Shown here: one piece after another, positions 9,736 to 15,903 of the stretch
Position numbering within the stretch: the first letter of the stretch is position 1
How the letters are laid out: each line of letters begins with the position of its first letter
NCBI RefSeq assembly: GCF_006345805.1
Contig: NW_021825310.1
Span: 1-15,903 of the forward strand
From: Octopus sinensis
Lineage: Eukaryota
Length of the DNA stretch: 15,903 nucleotides
Reading direction: 5' to 3'
Notes under the pieces: model-generated
Seen by the model: the letters and a program-made list of their open reading frames with translations, nothing else
The model's database searches: none
Told to the model about the DNA's origin: nothing
Position numbers and translations under genes: made by a program

Positions 9736-9740
<5 letters not shown>
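9508..9740 (-). mobile_element. tRNA-derived SINE, family B, full length
   Basis: Reverse complement begins CAGGCGGCGAGCTGACAGAATCGTTAGCATG, has a B-box-like GAGTACAAATTCCGCC and the same core as 13110-13320. Confidence 0.9.

Positions 9741-9818
<78 letters not shown>
9740..9818. repeat. (AAT)n microsatellite
   Basis: Directly visible pure tract. Confidence 0.95.
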
Positions 9819-9905
9819 GGGGGTGTTACCTTAGTTCACTGGTAGTGAACAGCTGACACCGTACTACGTCTCTTGTACAAAGACACAATAAAATAATAAT
9901 AATAA

Positions 9906-10104
9906 TCCTTTCTGCTATAGGCAAAAGGCAGCTATTTGGAGCGGGGGTTATATGTCGATTTCACCGATCCTCAGTATTTCACTGGTACTTATTTCATCAA
10001 CACACTCCACCCCACCGCCGAAAAGGATGAAAGTGAACCTCGGCGGAATTTGAACTCAGAAGCATTTCGCCCGGCGTGCTTAACGTTTCTGCCAGCTCGC
10101 TGTC

Positions 10105-10106
<2 letters not shown>
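9906..10106 (-). mobile_element. tRNA-derived SINE, family B, with internal deletion, flanked by (AAT)n on both sides
   Basis: Reverse complement begins AAGACAGCGAGCTGGCAGAAACGTTAAGCACGCCGGGCGAAATGC and contains CTGAGTTCAAATTCCGCCGAGGT. Confidence 0.85.
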
Positions 10107-10149
<43 letters not shown>

Positions 10150-10218
10150 TAATAATAATAATAATAATAATAACAATAATAATAATAATAATAATTAATA
10201 ATAATAATAGTAATAGTA

Positions 10219-10276
<58 letters not shown>

Positions 10277-10340
10277 GGAGGAGGATGAGGAGGAGGAGGA
10301 GGATAATAATAATAAATAATAATAATAATAATAATAATAA
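10107..10340. repeat. Compound triplet array (AAT)n-(GAT)n-(GAG)n-(AAT)n
   Basis: Directly visible. Confidence 0.95.
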
Positions 10341-10619
10341 ATGAATGATATAACTAAAGGATTAGGCAGCTAAAACAAACGGCATCTTTAATTGCACGTG
10401 TGCATCCCCAGCAGCAAACAATTTCAAAATACCTACCCCCTATATACATACCAAAGTACAAATACCCACTTCCTCTCCTATGCAATCACGCCTTCTTCAA
10501 CCGTCGCGTGCGTAAACTTACCCGCTGACACGTATGTGCTTTTTCTTTCTCTTCTATTTTTTACCTCCTTTTTTGTTTTGTTTTTTTTTTGTTTTTCGTG
10601 GCGGGATGTACGCTTATCT

Positions 10620-10760
10620 TTATCATCGCCGCCGTTGTCACCACCGTCATCGCTGTGGTCGTTGTCGTCGTCATCACCAACAACAACAACACCAACACCA
10701 CCAGCACAATAATAGTAATAATAATAATAATGATGATAACAACAACAACTATTAAACTTT

Positions 10761-10824
<64 letters not shown>

Positions 10825-10835
10825 AAGTAGTAGCA
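10620..10835. repeat. Compound triplet array (CAT/CGC/CAC/CGT)-(CAA)-(AAT)-(AGT)n
   Basis: Directly visible. Confidence 0.9.
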
Positions 10836-10924
10836 GTTGTGTTAGATATGATGTCTGTATTTGTTACATATACTTATATATATGTACATATGCATATTAG
10901 TATGTATTAGTATGTATTTGTAAT

Positions 10925-10946
10925 ATGTCTCTCTCTTCTTTCTCTT

Positions 10947-10977
<31 letters not shown>

Positions 10978-10990
10978 TATATTTCAATAT

Positions 10991-11028
<38 letters not shown>

Positions 11029-11144
11029 CCATAAAAATATACGTATGTATGTGGATATATATATATATATAATTTATATATACATACATACATAATATAC
11101 ATATATATATATATATATATAATATATATTATATATATATAAAA
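10925..11144. repeat. (CT)n-(TA)n microsatellite field
   Basis: Directly visible. Confidence 0.9.
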
Positions 11145-11690
11145 AAATAGTAAAAAGTGAAAAAACTACAGAAGGCTTGTTTTAAAAGGTTAAAAAATAT
11201 ATATTGAGTCAATATGTCTGAAGAATGTTATAAATTTTTTTCATACAATGACATAGTATAGAAGAAATGACCGGTTTCGCGTTCAGCAACTACTACCACA
11301 ATTTCTAATCTTTCCATTCTACCAATGTGCTATCGGAACACCAACACAAATTAGACTAAACAAGGAAACATTCTTCATTGAAAAATACAAGCCCAAACTT
11401 AACCATTCCAACATACTTATACAGAGAAACTCAATCCAAAAGAAAGGCAAATAATTTTAAGCGATTATCTCCCTTACACCGGAAGAAATCACTTATTATC
11501 TAGATCACCGCATAACGTAAACATAACGTTTTAAGAAATTTGAAAAGCTGAACGCGAAACCGGTCATTTCTTCTATACTATGTCATTGTATGAAAAAAAT
11601 TTATAACATTCTTCAGACATATTGACTCAAATATATATTTTTTGACCTTTTAAAACAAGCCTTCTGTAGTTTTTTCACTTTTTACTATTT
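11145..11690 (+). mobile_element. Penelope-like element remnant: inverted partial pLTR, GIY-YIG C-terminus, pLTR with hammerhead
   Basis: 11145-11287 is the reverse complement of 11547-11690 with one substitution and one 1-nt indel. The spacer encodes QLLPQFLIFPFYQCAIGTPTQIRLNKETFFIEKYKPKLNHSNILIQRNSIQKKGK* (11287-11454); the FPFY..C...RL.KE..FI..YKP.LN pattern matches the end of PLE GIY-YIG domains. A hammerhead follows about 80 nt after the stop. Confidence 0.85.
11533..11572 (+). ncRNA. Minimal type I hammerhead ribozyme (U3-A8 variant, palindromic stem III)
   Basis: AAGAAAT | TTGAAAA | GC-TGAAC-GC | GAA | ACCGGT | C ^ ATTTCTT. Perfect 7-bp stem I (11533-39/11566-72), 2-bp stem II, GUC triplet with predicted cleavage after 11565. 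Confidence 0.8.
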
Positions 11691-11694
11691 ATAT

Positions 11695-11726
<32 letters not shown>

Positions 11727-11781
11727 ATATATACACATATATATATAACATATATATATACATATATATACATATAAATAT
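11691..11781. repeat. (TA)n-rich microsatellite
   Basis: Directly visible. Confidence 0.9.
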
Positions 11782-11969
11782 TTGAAGTTTACAGAAAAAC
11801 AAAAGATGAAGACAGGTGTATAATCAACAAGCAGGTGTATTATTTTGACGCTCGGGAAGGTGAGAACATCTTTTACGTTTCGAGCCTATGCTCTTCAGCA
11901 AAATGGAACACGAAGAAATAAACAAGAGAATAAAAAAAAACCATGTGTATTTAGCGGTCAATCATGGCG
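11782..11969 (-). mobile_element. ~190 bp PLE-like unit with hammerhead-like motif, copy 2
   Basis: Homologous to 5566-5765 and ends at the same ATCATGGCG. Minus strand reads CCATT TTGCTGA A GAGC ATAG GCTC GAA ACGT A AAAGA. Confidence 0.6.
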
Positions 11970-12062
11970 ACTATATTATACATATATTAACATATACTCA
12001 TTCATATACATATACGCATATGTTTCTATATGTATAACAATGTGTGTGTACATACATTTTAT

Positions 12063-12257
12063 ATTCTTTTATTCTTTTGCTTGTTTCATTTGTTTGACTG
12101 CAACCATGGTGGACCATCACTTTTAGCCGAACAAATCGCCCCCAAAACTTATTGTTTGTAAGCCTACCTTACAAACGCTTAGTCCCTTTTGCCGAACCGC
12201 TAACTTACGGTTGACAAGAGATGGAAGGATGGAAGCAAACACACACAAATATTGCAA

Positions 12258-12325
<68 letters not shown>

Positions 12326-12541
12326 GAAGAGTTCACGAAAAAGCAAAAGACGAAGACAGATGGTGTACAAAACAACAGATCTATTAGTATAACGCTCAGC
12401 AATAAACAGTCTTTTACGTTTCGAGCCTACGCTCGTATATATAATATATATATATATATATATAATATATATATGTATACGACGGGCTACTTTCACTTTT
12501 CGTCTACCAAATCTACTCACAAGACTTTGGTCAGCCCGAGA
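12063..12541 (-). mobile_element. SINE family A (tail 12063-12218, body 12478-12541) whose central microsatellite is expanded and interrupted
   Basis: TTTTGCCGAACCGCTAACTTACGG and AACAAATCGCCCCCAAAACTTATT in the tail; CGGGCTACTTTCACTTTTCGTCTACCAAATCTACTCACAAGACTTTGGTCAGCCCGAG in the body. Confidence 0.75.
12323..12434 (-). mobile_element. PLE-like unit copy 3, truncated inside the hammerhead-like motif
   Basis: GGGGAAGAGTTCACGAAAAAG...TATTAGTATAACGCTCAG...GTCTTTTACGTTTCGAGCCTACGCTC, then (TA)n. Aligns with 5566-5679. Confidence 0.65.
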
Positions 12542-12572
12542 AAAACTTCGACCAAGAACAAAAAGAGAAGAA

Positions 12573-12806
12573 ATGACAGTTGCAGATCCTGCTGAAGTGC
12601 AAAATGTTACAAAATTTCCTGCATCTGTCATGGTTTTAGGTGTTGTCAGCAATGAAAGACATGTGATGCCTCTTTACTTCTTTCCACAAGGTCTTACAGT
12701 TAGCACTGCCGCCTACATTGAGGTCCTGGAAATATTTATTGAGCCCTGGATTAAGAGTGCATGCAATGGAAGGCCTTATAGGTTTCAGTAAGACACTGCA
12801 CTATCA
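12573..12806 (+). pseudogene. Tc1/mariner-superfamily DDD/E transposase fragment (probably DD37D/maT-like)
   Basis: Translates KFPASVMVLGVVSNERHVMPLYFFPQGLTVSTAAYIEVLEIFIEPWIKSACNGRPYRFQ*DTA. This is the segment leading to the conserved FQQD(S/G/N)A motif, with CAG changed to TAA just before the second catalytic Asp. Subfamily assignment is from recall. Confidence 0.85.
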
Positions 12807-12813
12807 CCACCTG

Positions 12814-13095
12814 AGGCTTGTGAGTGAATTTGGTAGACGAAAACTGAAAGAAGCCCGTTGTATATGTACATATGTGTGTGTGTGTTTGTGCGTTTGTGTT
12901 CGCCCACGCCAAATCACTTGACGAACGATGTTGGTGTATTTGCGTTCCCGTAACTTAGCGGTTCGGCAAAAGACCCCGATAGAATAAGTACTAGGCTTAC
13001 AAAGAATAAGTCCTGGGGGCGATTTGTTCGACTAAAGACGGTGCTCCACTATGGCCACAGTCAAATGACTGAAACAAATGAAAGAATAATAGAAT
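12814..13095 (+). mobile_element. SINE family A, head-truncated
   Basis: TTGTGAGTGAATTTGGTAGACGAAAACTGAAAGAAGCCCG...GAATAAGTACTAGGCTTACAAAGAATAAGTCCTGGGG...GTCAAATGACTGAAAC. Confidence 0.9.
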
Positions 13096-13109
13096 ATGTG
13101 TGTATGATA

Positions 13110-13320
13110 AAGGCGGAGAGCTGGCAGAAACGTTAGCACGCCGGGCGTAATGCGTAGCCGTATTTCGTCTGCCGTTACGTTCTGAGTTCAAATTCTGCCG
13201 AGGTCGACTTTACCTTTCATCCTTTCGGGGTCGATAAATTAAGTACCAGTTACGCACTGGGGTCGATCTAATCGACTTAATCCCCTCTGCGTTTAACCCC
13301 TTGTGGGTAATAAAGAAACA
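13110..13320 (+). mobile_element. tRNA-derived SINE, family B, full length
   Basis: A-box-like GAGCTGGCAGAAACGTTAGC, B-box-like GAGTTCAAATTC, core CCTTTCATCCTTTCGGGGTCGATAAATTAAGTACCAG. Confidence 0.9.
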
Positions 13321-13334
13321 AATATGTGCGTGTG

Positions 13335-13602
13335 TGATGGAGTTCCCGTCGAAGACGACGTACGAGAGTTCAACAATTTTCCAAACGACTTGCACAAATG
13401 ATTTGTTTCTAGCGATCGAATGACCGTGCTGTTCATTAGATGGCTCTCCCTTAAATCGAGTTTACTTGGACAGATGCGTTGAGGTAATCGCAGAGCAGTG
13501 TGTGACGAAGCGCTTTGCTCGAGAGCACAATGTACCAACCGGTCTACGAAGTGAAATAACGATCGCTAGATCATGAGTGCAACAGCCTAACCAGTAAGCC
13601 AG
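13335..13602 (-). mobile_element. Old tRNA-derived SINE of a third family
   Basis: Reverse complement has an A-box-like TGGCTTACTGGTTAGG, GTTGCACTCATGATC, and a core-like TTGTGCTCTCGAGCAAAGCGCTT. Heavily diverged. Confidence 0.45.
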
Positions 13603-13641
13603 GCGCTCTCACACAGACACACACATATACACACACGCACT

Positions 13642-13781
13642 TAGTGGCTGTGTGGTAAGTAGCTTGTTTACCAACCACATGCGTGACACCTTGGGCAAGT
13701 GTCTTCTACTATAGCCTCCGGTCGACCAAAGCTTTGTGAGTGGATTTGGTAGACGGAAACGGAAAGAAACACATCGTATGT

Positions 13782-13860
<79 letters not shown>

Positions 13861-14052
13861 TGTGTTTGTCCCCCCAACATCTCTTGACAACCGATGCTGG
13901 TCTGCTTACGTCACCATAACTTAGCGGTTCGGCAAAAGAGAACGGTAGAATAAGTACTAGGCTTACAAAGAATAAGTCCTGGGGTCGATTTGCTGGACTA
14001 AAGGCGGTGCTCCAGCATGGCCACAGTCAAATGACTGAAACAAGTAAAAGAG
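13642..14052 (+). mobile_element. SINE family A, with B-box segment deleted and long internal (TA)n(GT)n
   Basis: GTGGCTGTGTGGTAAGTAGCTTGTTTACCAACCACAT joins directly to GCGTGACACCTTGGGC; the GGTTCNGGGTTCAGTC segment present at 3081 and 3841-3863 is absent. Confidence 0.9.
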
Positions 14053-14181
14053 TATATATATATATGAAATAATAAGGGTGAAAAATTGAATATTAATTTG
14101 ATTAATATCAATTTAAAACCAGTGGTCTAGCATATTGAAAAATCTGAAAATTCAGAAAAATTATATTGCATACTTATAAGT

Positions 14182-14325
14182 GGGATGACCACTAAGTGGA
14201 CATCCTTTATGCTAGAAGTCGACCCTCTATGGTCTTACCACTAAGAAAGGAATGTTCTTTTCTTAGTGGTAAGACTTGAGAACGTCGACTTCTGGCATAA
14301 AGGATGTCCACTTAGTGGTCATCCC
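14182..14325. repeat. 144-nt fold-back (near-perfect palindrome)
   Basis: Outer 42-bp arms (14182-14223/14284-14325) have one mismatch (a G-U pair on the + strand); inner arms 14231-14251/14256-14276 pair on the same axis with no indels. Confidence 0.95.
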
Positions 14326-14330
14326 TCGCA

Positions 14331-14363
14331 TATGTATGTAATATATATATATATATATATATC

Positions 14364-14423
<60 letters not shown>

Positions 14424-14434
14424 CATATATATAT

Positions 14435-14475
<41 letters not shown>
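14331..14475. repeat. (TA)n-rich microsatellite
   Basis: Directly visible. Confidence 0.95.
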
Positions 14476-14476
<1 letters not shown>

Positions 14477-14520
14477 ATCGGCCCGGTGTGTGTGTGCGTG
14501 TGTATTTGTGTACATACATA

Positions 14521-14665
14521 CAGGTGTTCAGACAAGTGTACTGAGACTGATGTAGCAACGTTCAAAATTTTGTCTAGGTGAATCTAGCCCGGAAATTTCG
14601 AAACCTAGGTCCTAGATTATCCACATCTGGGTTTTACATTTAATTAATGTTCTTCCTACAGGTAA
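14521..14665 (+). mobile_element. Probable decayed PLE pLTR with hammerhead relic
   Basis: Follows (TA)n/(GT)n; contains CTGATGT at 14547-14553 and GAA-ACCTAGGT-C at 14600-14611. Confidence 0.35.
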
Positions 14666-14845
14666 GATGAATTTTTTATGTTCACCGCCCACAAACATCT
14701 TTGCCAGTATATATATATACCGTGAAGCTTTACTGTAGCGTCGTATATAATTGACTGCTATTTCCAATAAATATTGGTGCGTTGTTGTACCCCTATTCTA
14801 TAGATATGTGTGGGGTGTGTGAGCGTGTATGCGTGGGTATATTTA

Positions 14846-14895
<50 letters not shown>

Positions 14896-15009
14896 CTCTC
14901 TCTCTACACTCTTGCGACCTGCTGCTTAACAAGCCATTTCGTTGGTGACCGCGGCCCGCTCAGCATCGTTCCCCCTCTGCCGAAAAGGCAATTTTCCAAA
15001 CACGCCTGC

Positions 15010-15330
15010 TAGATAAGTTATATTTGTCTCATTTTGTCTAAATCGTAAGACACTGCTGTTATCCTGTTATTAACCATTCTTGTTTTTATTTTGTTTTCGT
15101 TTTTTTGTATTTATATTCGTCCCTGTTGCATTTATATACGTCTCTTTTTCCAAGAAATCTAATGCTCACAGCTTAGTTTTTCCTTGGGGCTGGCCGCGTT
15201 GGAGCAAATATCAGAATTAATCAGCCGAAATTTGCTATGATGATCCGGTTTCTGACTGAAGATTAAAGGCTTCGAATGACCCGTCTGTTTTCTGTGTTCG
15301 TCCCTTTGTGTATTTCATGTTCTTGTTTCT
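15010..15330. mobile_element. Probable dispersed repeat (possibly PLE-associated), family not resolved
   Basis: Lies between microsatellites and resembles a recurring octopod repeat (recall only). No second copy in the window. Confidence 0.25.
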
Positions 15331-15400
15331 TTATATAGAAATTTTATTCCTACGTATATATATATGTATATATGTAATTATGTATATATATATATATAGT

Positions 15401-15550
15401 TTTATGCTGGGAGTACAGATAGACGTACTACTCTTTAGAGTGCTACATTCCTGATGATCCGTTGTGCTTAAGCATCCAACTTCACTTGAAACATCTAATG
15501 ATGGGTACCAAACAGCCACAATGGTGAAACGTACGTAGAAACTAATAATA
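15401..15550 (+). mobile_element. Probable decayed PLE-associated unit with hammerhead relic
   Basis: CTAATGA at 15495-15501, GAA-ACGTACGT-A at 15526-15537, then TAATAATA; preceded by (TA)n. Confidence 0.35.
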
Positions 15551-15903
15551 CAAAACGTCTGTTAATCTTAATTTCTCTTTCTCTCTTCCTCCCACATACA
15601 TTCTTCTATCCATATATACACAAACGTGACAGAAGTACACAGACCCCTTTAAAATTTATTTAAATCTCAAATTATACAATCAAATTATTTATTAATTATT
15701 ATAACATGTCTAATATTTAGTAGACATGCCCTTTGCATTTTTTAATGCAAGGACCCTTTTAGGCATGCTACTAATCATATGAATATTCTCTTGAGGAATT
15801 TCTTGCCAAGTTTCATGCAGTAATCTCAAGAAATTTGGCTTTGAAGATGCTTTCTTGTTCCTTTTATGAAGTGCCCCGTCCATTAGGCCCCAGAGATCTT
15901 CGA

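Noticed and set aside
3043-14052. Recurring motifs such as GGGGTCGAT and GAATAAGTACTAGG as a CRISPR-like or regulatory array
   Set aside because: They are internal parts of dispersed SINE copies in both orientations, with irregular spacing and no spacer structure.
15225-15290. GAAA...CTGAAGA...GAAT arrangement as a permuted hammerhead
   Set aside because: No consistent set of three stems could be built in either permutation.

Overview
AT-rich, repeat-dense eukaryotic DNA with no long protein-coding ORF. Nearly all ORFs in the supplied track are translations of (TA)n, (CA)n, (TACA)n, (GA)n or triplet microsatellites. The SINE families, microsatellite load and repeat types resemble a coleoid cephalopod, probably Octopus (pattern recognition only, not a search result). 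Supported content: about 12 tRNA-derived SINE copies or fragments of at least three families, two C-terminal relics of an RLE-type non-LTR retrotransposon, a Tc1/mariner transposase fragment, hAT-like and pogo-like non-autonomous DNA transposon relics, and a likely first coding exon at 8028-8065 (+). The most notable signal is a cluster of Penelope-like element (PLE) remnants carrying minimal hammerhead ribozyme motifs. One is structurally complete (11533-11572, +), has the compensatory U3-A8 core variant and a palindromic stem III, and lies inside a 143-bp inverted-repeat structure whose other arm is antisense to it. A separate ~190-200 bp element with a variant hammerhead-like motif occurs three times, always abutting (TA)n. 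There is also a 144-nt near-perfect fold-back at 14182-14325. PLE hammerheads are a known class; whether these variants are described could not be checked. No prokaryotic features or CRISPR arrays are supported.
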